Assembly: GCF_006345805.1 (NCBI RefSeq)
Contig: NC_043008.1
Location: 65,100,001-65,164,000 of the forward strand
DNA length: 64,000 nucleotides
Source: Octopus sinensis
Lineage: Eukaryota
Direction: 5' to 3'
Position 1 is the first letter of the stretch, and each line of letters starts with the position of its first letter. A program made the position numbers and the translations under genes. Below the pieces are notes generated by a model. The model ran no database searches and was not told where the DNA came from. It saw nothing but the letters and a program-made list of their open reading frames with translations. This document shows, piece after piece, positions 39,621 through 52,710 of this stretch.

Positions 39621-42519
39621 AACGCATGCACTATAGTGCCGATTTCATTGAATCATTTTGGAAGTTTGCGTTTTTTCTACAAATTTCAACAAGGAGTGGT
39701 TACCCACATCCGAGAGCAATAAGATATAGTACCTGCAAAGTCATTGGATTGCTGCCATTGACTAATACTCTGCCTCAATATACTAACCTTGTATCTAATT
39801 CAGAAATCATCATTATTAAAATGAATATTATTAAAATGAATGTTATACTAAATAGGCTAGTATCTAAGTCGGAAACGAGTTCGTCAGAAAGTGCTAGCAA
39901 CTCTCTTTCAAATTTCACTTCATCTTTTGAAAAACAGAGCATCACGTACCCGAGAGAAATTAGAGCTCATAATGCGTGGCATACATTTATAGTATAAATT
40001 AGTTCAGGCGGGTCTAACTTGGGAATAAACTCTAAATACGACATGACTGAAAAAAGGAAAAGAAACACCTATAGCCATTGAATCTCAGTTATACTGTCAC
40101 ATCGAGAGCGGTAAGATGAAGAATACATACATACATACATACATACATACATACATAAATACATACAACACACAAACACACTCGCATATATATGTGTTTG
40201 GGTGGATATGTGTGTGTGTGTGGGCGTGTGGGTGTGTGCATGCATGCATGCATTTCGTAAACTTAGTTTTTGGTCTAGCAAACAGAACGGATTATGAGAT
40301 ACACATACCTAGACACATACCTGCACGCATACACATATGCACACACACACACACACACATATGTATGCATAAATGTAAATGTATATATGTATATACATCT
40401 GTATTTATACTTAAAGTACATACAGTGTTGAATTAATTTAATATGTAAAATGGTATTTCTTTGCTTAGCGTAGGCACCTCTGCAAATATATTTCTTTGAA
40501 AAAATGCGACATAGATATTTCTAAAATTTACTGTATCTTCGTGCCAATTCATAATCTTTCTGGCATAACATCATAGAAATCAAAAGAAAAAAATCTCAAA
40601 ACCAAAACATGAAATTCAAGATCATTATTAGGAATGTGGAATTTTAAACTATTTAGATATATGCCGTCTCTATTTGAATTTATTCGTTGTCTTCTTAATA
40701 AATAAAACATTTATGTGAGTAACTTACTTGAAATTCAAAAGACATCTTTAAATTCCCTAATAAATATTCTAGGATTAATAGAAGAGCGTCAGTTTGATTA
40801 CAGAGCCAATGCCATAAACATTAAAAAGAATTACGCGTGTCATTTTATTACTTCAGTTGCAATCAGAATTATCACTTTCATCTAATCTATACACCACTTC
40901 TCCCCTCCGCTCCCATCCATTCCTTTTATATCATCTCCTTTTCTCGCTCATCCACCTTTTGTCTGTTTTGTTTTCTTTAAAATATTTATATTCTTTTAAA
41001 TAAATTCATGAAGTTTCAACTCTTCAGCCATATCTTTTTCAGTCTCATCACATAACTAGATATAATCAAATTTTAATGTCTTTCTTTACTTTTGGGCTTT
41101 TTACCAAAATTTATGCAGCAGAAGAGAAGAAAGCATTATGTTAAATTTATGATTGGGAATTGATTCAAATCCATGAAGTGGAACACAAATTTCTATAGAT
41201 CATTCGTAATGTTGTTAATTTCAACCATATTTGAATCTTTTTAGTTTTGGTTTCCATGTTTTCAAACGATATATTAATTTTATGCTGTGCTGCTTTTCTC
41301 CCATACAATCGATATTATGATTTTTTTTCCAGAAATCTTAATTAATTATTAATTCAGTTACCATGATAGTAAATGAATTAAACTTATGAATGTTAAACTA
41401 TTGAAAGAAGAATCTATTGTTTTATTTTAAAAGTTCAATGTTCCTGACAAACGTTTGGTTATTAGTACTTCATGAAACTGAACTTTTTTTATAAAGATCA
41501 ACACATGAATAGAATTTTGTGTAAAAAAAAACAACATATATATATTTCAAAGATATGCTAAATCATGTACTTTCTTTTGAAATTCATGACTAGCAATCTG
41601 AGTGAATTATAATTTTAATAACTGTAACATTCTATAATGCATTTATAAAATATGGCGAACTTGAAAGCGTCAATTGTAGTAAGATAATAAAGCAAACTAT
41701 AATAAAGCTCCACAAAAGAGAACTGGAGTAGCATATCAACACATAAATACATATTACTAGGAATATAAATGGACTTGTATCCATACATTATACATACATA
41801 CATACCAAACATGCATACATATGTACACACATATATACATATATATATATATATATATACATACGCATACATATATGTATATACATACATATGTGGAACT
41901 ACTTGAATTTCGTTAGATGCGAATATGGATCGAATTGACTAGTTTTACCTGTTATTAAAGCATCATCAGAGATTGTTTATGTTGCCTATAAAATGATGTA
42001 TTATAAAGTAAATTACCTGGGTAAAAAATATTATACCCCATGTACCGACATTTAAAATACTTAAGGCTGATAGGCTGTTATTATATATCGAAGAACTAAT
42101 AGATAGTAAATTAAATAGTGGGGAAGGGAGAGGGCGCATGAGCAGCAAAACTAAATGCATGTTCATCAGAGAATTGTCTTCATACCACATGTTTTATTAA
42201 CATAGTTGTTATATAATTGTTATATCTCATTTATATAACTCTGAATATTTAAATATGCATATATATATATATATATATATATGCGTGTGTGTGTGTGTGT
42301 GTGTGCGCGTGTGTGTGCGTGTGCGTGCGTGTGTGTGCATATAGACATACATAATTATATATAAACCATGCACCTAGGCAGTGTTATATCATAAAACAGA
42401 CATATCGATGATGATCTCCTACGATCGATCAACCTCACCTCTTCCTCCTTTGGATGCATAAGAGGATTTATGAAACTACGACAGTCTAGAGATCAATTAT
42501 AAAACACATATGATGAACG

Positions 42520-43508
42520 TGGAGCGAAATGTAGGCACCGAAGTAAATTTACATTTAGTAAAATGAAGTAGTGGACCTACAATTCCTGAATCAAACTTTT
42601 TTTTAAAATTCCCTTATCAAAGCAAGGATACAGCGAAATCCTCGTCATTCCATCAGAAAACTGGCTGCCACAGCATAAATAAGACGTACATCGATGTATA
42701 GAGTACTGATGGAGGATCTCAAGACCCAACCCTACAAGATCTTCCCTCGTCATGAGCTCACGCAAGTTTATAAGTCCATGAAAGTGGAGAGAAATCTTCT
42801 CGTCAGATTGTTGAAGGCACGCTACCCAACCTGTTGTTCACTGATGAAAAGAAATTTGACATCGAACAGACACTAAGCTACCAGAATGAGTGACTTTGGA
42901 GTGTATCTGGATCTGTCAAAGTTAGACTCGTAAATCGACGTCAAAATCTACAGTCAATTATGCTTTGGACGGCTGTGACAGCCACTGGAGGTCTCCTCTC
43001 GTTTTTGTACCCTTGGGTGTTAAAATTAACATCCAGCGATACATTAGTGAAATTTCGGAAGCTGAACTGCTTCCGTCGGTGAATGAGCACTTTCAAGGAG
43101 CTCCTTGAAGCCTCCACAGCTCCGAACAAACACAACACTGGATTCGGAAGAACGTTCCGTCGTTCACTGGCAAGGATTTATGGGCTCCCAAGAATCCCCG
43201 ATCTCAACCCGTTGGATTTTCTGTCTTATTCACTTTGGAAACGAGAGTGAGTTTAGAGCCCTTCTTATACATTTCCCGCCACTTTGAAGGCGAAATTGCG
43301 CCAGAAATGTGCTACGATTCTCCAAGAACAGCTGTGTGCTGCGTGTGAAGTATATGAGGCCAGGACTCGAGTCGTCACATCAATTAAATGTTGTAGTATC
43401 ATAATTGTTATTTCTTTTCCATTGCATTACAACGCTCGGCCTGCAATATAACATTTGCATTGGCAAAATTGAAAAAGGTGTGTTGCCTTTGCTTTGGAAC
43501 ATCCTGTA
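42520..43508 (+). mobile_element. Second decayed maT/Tc1-like transposon with right TIR
   Basis: KARIQRNPRHSIRKLA...LLFTDEKKFDIEQ...IMLWTAVTATG...PDLNPLDF. It ends TTGGAACATCCTG|TA (TA at 43507-43508). No left TIR was found. Confidence 0.82.
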
Positions 43509-44478
43509 GTTTCAACACTTTGAATGCCTTTGATGGAAACAGATTTGATTCCAGTATTTCCTCAACGAAATAGTTACGATTTCGCCTACTATCATTTTAT
43601 GTATGAAATCTTCAAAATAAAATAGGTATTCCGTGCTGATTCTCATTCTATCACTATGAGAGTAACTGGTTGTAATGCTAGCAATAGTTTCTAGTTGTAC
43701 TTATTTCCACCTAATACATTAAAAAATACAAAGTAAATGCACCAAAACACAGGGAGATAATTGATTAAACTAGCATTAGTTTTGTGAAATCACAACTATA
43801 CAAACTCGTTCACACTCTCAAACGCACATATATAATTGTGTATGCGTAAGGAATAAAGGAGGATTTGTGTGGTATAAAATGGTTTTGAATGCACTGTTGA
43901 TCAAAGATGAGCGCAGGATAAATTCAAAAGAGATTAAGTGATTTGCACCGGGGTGGTTGAAGTGTGGCGTTGCTGAAATTGTCATAGAATTAAACATGTT
44001 ATTTGTTAGAAAGGCGGAAAAGAATGTGGATAGGATGAACTACCATACTGACAGGACTAGGCATCGAAATTAATCTGCACGAACTTAAATAAACACAGCC
44101 TCTTTCGTACACTGTATGTACAAACATTTACACAAATGTAGATATCTACGTATGTATATATGTGTGCGTGTAATTATGCACATTTATATATGCACATGTA
44201 GATATTTGATTTCATGTGTGAAAGTTGCAAAAGAGCAAAGCACTCAACATGTGCAGACATCAGTGATATTTATTGTCCTCCACTGATATACACATTTTCA
44301 AACACAGGTCCACACACACATACGAATTACTATGTGTACGTATGGGGGTAGGTTAAATATAAGCGTGTTTACAACACAAGTTTCAATAAACGTGCAGATA
44401 TACATAAATGCACACATAGCTTTTTATTTCCCATTCTTTCTCTCTCTCTCACTCTCTCTCTTTCTCTCTCTCTCTCTC

Positions 44479-44537
<59 letters not shown>

Positions 44538-44632
44538 ATCTATTTATCTCTGTATCACTATGGCTTTATTCCTATATGTAAGTGCATATACGCACATGTA
44601 TTCACATACACACACGCACACATACACATAAA

Positions 44633-44682
<50 letters not shown>

Positions 44683-46578
44683 GGGAAAGTGATATGGAGA
44701 AAAGGTGGGAGAGAGTGAGAGAGAGGAACAAAGAGAGACAGAATATAGTGAGAAAGCATATGGTACCATTCAATTTCGGAGTATTGATCGAAATAGTAAT
44801 AGAAATATAATTTAGCTTTATTTGGTGTTTAGATGGAATCATCCTCACCTATGAATAATATCTAATTTTCATGACAAAAAAAAACAACAGTAATATAATA
44901 CATACATAGAAACCATAAACGGCGATGAATGTTTAATATGTCACAGTTTCCCATATACCATAGCCTGACTGTCATATGCCATATACCACTGTCATATAAC
45001 GGATCTGCTCAACAAGCATGTGGTTAAATATATTATACACAGCAATTTTTTACGTTGGCAAACCATCAGTTACCGTAGAATTACATGTATTTTTTTTAAC
45101 TTTTGAGGTAATTCTTATTTTCTTTACTCCCATAAATCTCTTCAAGAACTCAAGACATCTACTATTGCCATCAGTTCTTCTATCGATAGAATTTATTTAA
45201 GGTATACACATTTTGTTAATGTTTCTCGTTAGTTTCCTTCCGTATCAGTAGGAAAGAACGATAACTTTTACAAACTGTCATCTATTTCAATCTCAGACAA
45301 TTGATACTAATTGCTTGGAAGTTAGACGTAAATACTTCCTTTCAGCTTGCTTAGAGGAAAATAAATATTTATTGCCTCTTATTAGAAAACTGTTGAAGTA
45401 GCGTCGCCTTATTTTTATAGGGTGTCGTTCAGTTCACGAGACAGCATTAGAGTCGAAATGGCAACACTTCAGAGATAGGCAAGTATCAAATGAAGTGAAA
45501 ATAGGAATTCTAAATAGAAATTTTATGAGGAAACTTTGCACCATTTCAATATTTTTCTGTCTTTATTTCTCTTTTAGTTTAGAAATTGACTTGTGAAATG
45601 ACACTAATTTTGTATTAAGTTCTTTTTAATTTATTTTATTTCAAATTGGTATCGATTTAAAAATATACTTACTTATTTTGTATTCTCTCTATAAATTTCT
45701 GAGTTCACATATTACCATATCTTTATTTTTCAAGGTGGAAATGTGTCAATGCATTAAACACACCTTGGTAATTGTCATAAAGCAAGAAGTAAACACCTTG
45801 CCATTAAGAGACTCTATTATTCGTTGAAGCTATTTCATTCAAGTTTTTGAATGTTTTTTTTTCATGCCTTAGTCAATGAGGATGTATGCCATGGCAGCAA
45901 CATTCTTACTGTAACAACTTTTTTACACGTGACAAAATCAATATGATGGTATATCAATAATTGGCGGAATGGCAGATCGCATCTGACTGTGGGCACAACA
46001 TTGTTTCAAACATAGATAACTCACATAATTGTCATCTGCTCAGTTCTGTTAGCTTAAGAGCTGATGCTACCAAACAACTACATAAATTTCACACCATTAG
46101 TGGATTAAATAAAAATGACCTACGTTCATTTCTTTAACTATCTTTAAACGCATCCTGGATATGACATTTCGGATATTTTTTGTATTTTGTTTTCCGTTAT
46201 TTTTAGACCAGCAAGTTGATAGAGACACTAAAAAGGAATTGGGTCTTTTTTGTATTGAAACCATTAGAACAAATATTGTTAATATTGAACGTCTGCCAGA
46301 GTTTCCTTTCCATGTCATCTTCGCGAACTTGTTATCGCTATCGCTAAATATACAACTATATCTGCGGATTATAAACCCTCTATGTAACCACTTCCTTATA
46401 AAAAACAAATTTCTAATCTACATAAGTTTAACTTATCACATTAACGTTTTCGTTAAAGTGAAATTATGGCAAGGAAACTTGTTTATGTATATCCACAGTA
46501 TTTACTGTTGCTAACAGAGCGTGAGCCAAAAGTCACGCACCAAAACGCCTGGCATTTTATTACGTTATTATTATTATA

Positions 46579-47036
46579 TGTGCGCGATATGGTGATCTCA
46601 TATCAAGATAAACAGCACATGACCTTCCAGGTGGGGCACAATTAGAATTCTGGGGGGTTAAGTAACCCATTCCACTCAAAAAGTCCCTGGATAAGGATTT
46701 TTAAGGATATTGAACGAAACACCCATGTTTCCAAAGGTGAATTATCCAAACCTCTAAGAATTCCTTTCAACACACGGCTATGATGCTCCCCCACTACTTC
46801 TGCTCGTGATCAGAGATGCACATATCATCAGCCACTAAGGGACATACTGAACTGGTTAAGGTCAAACAACTGACCAGGAAATCTGTGGCATTGAGCAGAA
46901 TATTTGCTGTAGCCCATCTTTTATACCAAGACAAAACAATGTACATGATAGCACTTCCAATCAGTTAAGATCAGAAGCCATGATAGCCACTGCCTGGTAC
47001 TGCATCAGGAAATTTTTTATTATTATTATTATTATT
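46579..47036 (+). mobile_element. Non-coding retroposon-like repeat ending in a (TTA)n tail
   Basis: A GC-richer block of about 430 bp bounded by TTA runs on both sides (46556-46578 and 47017-47036). Recalled as an abundant octopus repeat; orientation is inferred from the tail. Confidence 0.5.
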
Positions 47037-48171
47037 GTTGTTTTTGTTTTGATTCTCGTTGTTCTATTTGTGGTTGTTCTTTACTTGAAAGCAGGCAATA
47101 ACAAATCCCCAAAGCTCTGAAGTAGTGACTTCTGTGACTCAAAGAGACAATACTCTCCTTAGAATGCGAGCTGTACCCAACAATGCTGTCTTCTGGATCA
47201 CCTCAAGTCTGACAGCATTTTCCAATATTCTTAATGCTCCAATTACCACCCGTATCACCATTACTTTCCTCATGCCAAATAACTTTCCTATCTCGTCCCG
47301 CAGTGGCTGTTTCTTAATCTTTTCTGTTTCCTTACATTTCACACCCGAATCGACTGGTATTGCAACATCTATTATCTTTACTTCTTTTTCATCTTTATAG
47401 ATGAGCACGATATCTGGTCGTCTCGCCTCTATAGCTTGGTCGCACTGCACATTAAAATCCCAGAGTATTTTGTAATGATCGTTTTCCATCACTCTCTGTG
47501 GTTTGTGTTCCTACTATTATTTGGCTCTAAGGTTTGCTTTACCGAACAAGAGCCAGTGGACATATCTGGCCACATTGTCGTGTCCCGTTTTGTATTCGCG
47601 TTGAACGAACTTACAGCACTCACTAACAATATGGCTTATACTTTCTCCCTTCTCAGCTACATTGTGGTGAGTCAGTGCTTTTATAAATGTGATATTTGGA
47701 GTAGCTTGCTCTGAGAGCTTGTTCTTGAGCGCTGCACACTAATGCCTCAGTGGGCCCTTTAAAGTCTCCTTTCTGCAGCCATTGCCAGGTTCCATTCTAA
47801 TCAATCTCATCTCTATTCTTCAAGAACTAACTGTGCATTTTCTTTTCCTGCCACAATTTCTTCATCTACTCTCTCTGGTCTTTCTTAAATTCTGTTGGAT
47901 GTACAGCTTTGTTCACTTTTAAGCTTCCCTACATTTTCACTGCTTCAAACATTTCTTCTTTACTTGCCTTGACACACCAAGCCAGGCTATTCTCCCCTTC
48001 CATTACACAACATCCACAACACCCCAATCCTTGTCTGCCTTCTTTCCTCTTTACATACAATGTTGAACACATCATTCTTGGGGTGTAGTTCCTTGTTCAT
48101 TGCCTTTAATTTACGTGTTCTCCGGTCTATCTCTTGTAATTCACGCTTCTTCAAGAGGGGAAGTAGCGAAC
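47037..48171 (-). mobile_element. 5-prime-truncated R4/Dong-like non-LTR retrotransposon
   Basis: ELQEIDRRTRKL...LHPK...AQEQALR...ESISHIVSECC...HDNVARYVHW...KILWDFNVQCDQAIEARRPDIVL...IIDVAIP...TALLGTARILRRVLSL*, covering the CCHC and RLE (RPD...IDVA) domains. The 3-prime UTR ends in (TAA)n. Confidence 0.9.
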
Positions 48172-48395
48172 TATCTTCATGTAATACAACACAGACATTT
48201 AAATGGATAGGGTTTTTCTAAGGATGAGGACATTACTGTACAATCTTTTGGATTTCTCTGAGACACGGTTGCCCTGAGATCTTATCTAGATCTTTCCAAC
48301 ATCCCTTTTGTTTTTATCATATCTAAGACACCTACAATAACAGGAACAGTTCTCGCTTTAAGATGCCACATCTTTTGCATTTCGATTTCAAGGTC
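48172..48395 (-). mobile_element. 3-prime fragment of a second, different R4/Dong-like element
   Basis: DLEIEMQKMWHLKARTVPVIVGVLDMIK...(frameshift)...KISGQPCLREIQKIV...LILRKTLSI* (stop at 48199-48201). Confidence 0.8.
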
Positions 48396-48440
48396 ATCAT
48401 CATCATCATCATCATCATTTTATTATTATTATTATTATTA

Positions 48441-48474
<34 letters not shown>

Positions 48475-48565
48475 ATTATTATTATCATTATTATTATTAT
48501 TATCATTATTATTATTATTATTATTATCATTATTATTATTATTATTAATACTATTATTATTATTA

Positions 48566-48600
<35 letters not shown>
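48394..48600. repeat. (ATC)n/(ATT)n microsatellite
   Basis: Direct reading. Confidence 0.95.
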
Positions 48601-49272
48601 AACATACGTGTATAGTTATCATTAATTTCTTTATTTTATTCAATTTTGCAAAACGTGAGGCATGTCTTTCACAATTCCGGAGTATATTGTACTGATTTCG
48701 TGCTTGAGTTTCGGCCCACTCTGTATATATCTGAGATATACACAAGTAGAACGTCTCTCCTCTCACTCTCACCCTCACTATCTTTCTCACTCAATCTATT
48801 TATCGTTCTCTCTCGCGCACACACACACACACATACACACAAATATATAGGTGTGGATGCCAATGTATGTGTATGCGCGTGTTTATTTTTCAAATCTCTC
48901 TACAGGCGATTGTGGTAATGAAACAATTGTCAACAGAATATAGCTGATGGTGCAATGTTCATTATTACTTATTGAAGGTTCATAGTAAGATGGTAAAAAA
49001 ATGCATCGGGTAACATTGGTACAAAATAAACCTGAACTCACTTTCATCTGCATGTTGTATATATTTTATTTCAACGAGAGTTTCCTGTTTAAAATATGTA
49101 GCCATTATTATAAACTGTACCATGGAAAATGCTTAAATCTCAGCCAGCAAATATATGCATTGCACAAGCGGATTTCCTTCCCTGAGTGTTTGCTAATACT
49201 CTACAAGTACCACGTCCTCACGTTATCGTTTTTTTTCGTTTGTTCTTCGTTTTTTGGATATACTATATATAT

Positions 49273-49617
49273 AAAGGGTAAAGACCCCCTTCGGTCATGA
49301 ATGACCATGGGATTGCACCTAGAAATTTACCCTCCTAGACACAAGTCTGGGCAAGGTTGTTTTTATGGAAGGCCAGCAGTCGCCCATGCATACCAGCCTC
49401 CCCTCTCCACGCCACCAGTGTTATCCAAGGGAAAGACAAAGGTCGATACAGCTTGGCACCTGTGACGTCGCAACTCATTTCTACAGCTGAGTGAACTGGA
49501 GCAACGTGAAATAAAGTGCCTTGCTCGAGAACACAACACGCAGCCCGGTCCGGGATTCGAGCTCACAACCTCACGATCGTAAGCTCGACGCTCTAACCAC
49601 TGAGCCATGCGCCTTCA
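49273..49617 (-). mobile_element. Young-looking full-length tRNA-derived SINE with CORE-like middle and RTE-like tail
   Basis: A-box TGGCTCAGTGG, B-box-like AGCTCGAATCC, CORE-like GAGCAAGGCACTTTATTTCACGTTGCTCCAG, and tail hairpin GGTCATTCATGACC followed by CTTTACCCTTT. Confidence 0.88.
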
Positions 49618-49619
49618 TG

Positions 49620-49668
<49 letters not shown>

Positions 49669-49670
<2 letters not shown>

Positions 49671-49740
49671 TGAAAGAATGGAGTTGAACGACGATTTAAC
49701 AAAATTTTGTTAAATCGTCGTTCAACTCCATTCTTTCATT
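49669..49740. repeat. Perfect 72-bp palindrome (36-bp arms, no spacer)
   Basis: AATGAAAGAATGGAGTTGAACGACGATTTAACAAAA is immediately followed by its exact reverse complement; checked base by base. Confidence 0.97.
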
Positions 49741-51327
49741 CATTTGTATTAAAAAACACACAAATTTCCACACGAAAGCACGTGATCTCTGCCCTTGGGA
49801 TGTAGCTTCAACCGTGTTTTTCTGACGTAAATTTGCTACCCAGGTATCGGTTAACCGAATTATCCATACTAAGATAATTCATTCAACTACTTATATATAT
49901 ACATATGATTATATGCATAAGGCTTATAAGCCATCGCCGTGGGTACTATCATACTACAATGCGTATCTACACACACTTTTTTTCCGAAGAGGTCTTATAT
50001 AGACCAGTATGAGGTTCTTTTCTTAAGGCAGTACACGATAATCGCTCATAAGCTCTATGCATATAATTATTATTATTTACACGCACACACACACATAAAT
50101 GCCTTTTCTAGCTTCAATGATTTTCTCAGTTAATGTGGTGGGTATATTTGTCTATTTCTTCCTTACTATCTATTACTTGGCCCCGTTTCCTCCACTCTTT
50201 CTATTTTATATTTTCACCCATTTTGTGTCTGTCTTTTATTCATGCATCTTCATCTTTCTTTTTATACCATTTCCCCTAACTTGCAAGATTGTTTAGATTT
50301 ATTATGTAATTTTGGTTTATGTCCTTTTGTTTCAACCTACTTTAAACTGTGTAAGAAATAGTTTCATTTTTCTCTGACTGTCTAACTTTTGCAATTTTAA
50401 TAAAACATGTACTAGGCATATATGTCCTCACTACTTCACATTGTTTTAAATAAGCAACAAATTTTAGTATTGTAGAAGTTTGGTTTGGCTTTGCCTGTAT
50501 GTAAGCAATGTGGCACTGAAAGAGAGATTGGAAACTAATTCAGTTGTTCTATCAAGTGATGGACTTCTTTCAGAAGTATTACAGTTAAACTGTTTTTAGT
50601 AACAAAGCTAGAAGAGATCGTTTTGATGACTTTCTTGCGTTACCTTTTAATTTAGAATAAGAGAAAGCTTAAGGTATTTCTCTATACGAAAGTATCTTTT
50701 GCTTTCCTGGCTATGAACCCTTGAATATTATTAACTATCAGGTAAAAAAACAAATATCCATTTCGCATTACCGATTGGAATTGCATGTAATTTGTTGTAT
50801 TCTTGTTCCAGTAATAACATTCCCTACTTACCCATCTGCCAATATCTTAACGAAGTATCTCCAGAACAAATATGCATCTTTGGTTCCTTTTAATAAGATC
50901 CGCAATGCCTCTAGCGGTTGCTAAACTTAAAATGCTGATGCTATTTCAAGCAAAACAATCACCATTTATTTAATTGACCATTTTTTTATTGGCTCCCACG
51001 GTGATGCAAGGAAAATATTTTTTCTGAAACCTTGCAACGTATTTACCACCGAGTTATTTCAGTGTTGTTTAGCAGTAGAGAAAAAAAATTAGGTTTTGTA
51101 AAGGAAGTGCATATCACTAACCACTTAAGCTCCTAAATTTCATGTATTTCTTCTGCATATGCTTGTTGTAGCATTGCCAATGACCTCTCAGAACACTCGG
51201 TATGTGATCGTAAGGTGTTACTTCGGAATAACATCGTAAAATGGTATGATATACTTTAAAGTGTACTTAGTTTTCTGTTTCTACTTGTAGGAATGATCAA
51301 GGAGATATTCTCTGTTCGGTGTAAATG

Positions 51328-51394
51328 AATACCAGTTAAATACCAATAAATACCAATATATACCATTAATACCAATAACTACCAGTTAAATACT
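51328..51394. repeat. Short (about 10-11 bp) minisatellite, AATACCA core
   Basis: About 6-7 imperfect copies of AAATACCA(A/G/T)T. Confidence 0.8.
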
Positions 51395-51941
51395 CGTGTC
51401 TATTAAAATAACTACACACACTTTACTCAAACACTTCTAACTTTCTGACAAATTAAAAACAATTAAAAGTATTTTCTTGTTATTGTTTTGTCATTTGTTC
51501 TCGAAATTGTCGTCATCAACGTCACCGTCTTTAATCTTTCATCTCAGATGGCATTAAGCTGTTTTTGACCTCTTTTTAATAAGGATATAAAATATAGAAC
51601 GCGTTTTTTATGGCGTCAATGTCAAGCAATAATAACGACAAATATTTCAAAGATTATTGGTTACTGTGTGACATTAAAAAAATTCTAATCAGTATTTCGA
51701 ATTTTTTAAACAAAAATCGCAATTGGATTATTCAATTTTGTGTGGGTGGAATATTTCAAAAAGCAATACTAATTTCTATTAAAATATTGGCTTATTTTTC
51801 ATGAGATTTAATATAACCTCTGTATTAGCGGTGAGTGAATATGGCAATTTCTCATTTCTGAAAAGTATTACACGATTTACTGATGTGGATCTGAAGAATG
51901 ATACCAGATTGATTCAAGTTCTAATTCCTGAAGTATCTTTC

Positions 51942-52710
51942 TTATTTCTTTACTGCCCACAAGGGGCTACACACAGAGGGGACAAACAATGACAGACAAA
52001 CGGATTAAATCGATTACGTCGACCCCAGTCCGTAACTGGTACTTAATTTATCGACCCCGAAAGGATGTAAGGCAAAGTTGACCTCGGCGGAATTTGAACT
52101 TAGAACGTAGCAGCAGACGCAATATCTATTTCTTTACTACCCACAAGGGGCTAAACACATAGGTAGCAAACAAGGACAAACAAACGGATTAAGTCGATTA
52201 TATCGACACAAGTGCGTAACTGGTACTTAATTTATCGACCCCGAAAGGATGAAAGAAAAAGTTGACCTCAGCGGAATTTGAACTTAGAACGTAACGGCAG
52301 ACGAAATACCTATTTCTTTACTAACTACAAGGGGCTATACACAGAGTGGACAAACAAGGACAGACAAACGGATTAAGTCAATTATATCGACTCCAGTGCG
52401 TAACATGTACTTATTTAATCGACCCCAAAAGGATGAAAGGCAAAGTCGGAATTCGAACTCAGAACGTAGCGGCAGACGAAATACCTATTTGTCTACTGCC
52501 CACAAGGGGCTAAACACAAAGGAGACAAACAAGGACAGACAGGCGGATAAAGTCGATTATATCGACTCCAGTGCGTAACTGGTACTTAATTTATTGACCC
52601 CGAAAGGATGAAAGGCAAAGTTGACCTCGGCAGAATTTGATTTTAGAACGAAGCGACAGACGAAATACAGCTAAGCATTTCGCCCGGCGTGCTAACGTTT
52701 CTGCTAGCTT
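51942..52710 (-). mobile_element. Nin/Deu-domain SINE with one head and four tandem body units
   Basis: The unit marker TATTT(C/G)T(T/C)TACT occurs at 51943, 52127, 52311 and 52486 (periods 184, 184, 175). A single head lies at about 52668-52710. Confidence 0.92.

Noticed and set aside
39596-39997. 133-aa ORF
   Set aside because: It begins inside a SINE fragment, has an AT-rich low-complexity middle and shows no recognisable motif.
46097-46514. Overlapping 103-aa and 117-aa ORFs
   Set aside because: No recognisable domain or convincing donor site; consistent with chance ORFs in AT-rich DNA.
49540-49613. tRNA gene
   Set aside because: A and B boxes are present, but there is no proper acceptor or anticodon stem and it continues into a SINE body.
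51942-52710. CRISPR-like array
   Set aside because: Units are about 180-bp whole-unit homologues without unique spacers, there are no cas genes, and the context is eukaryotic.
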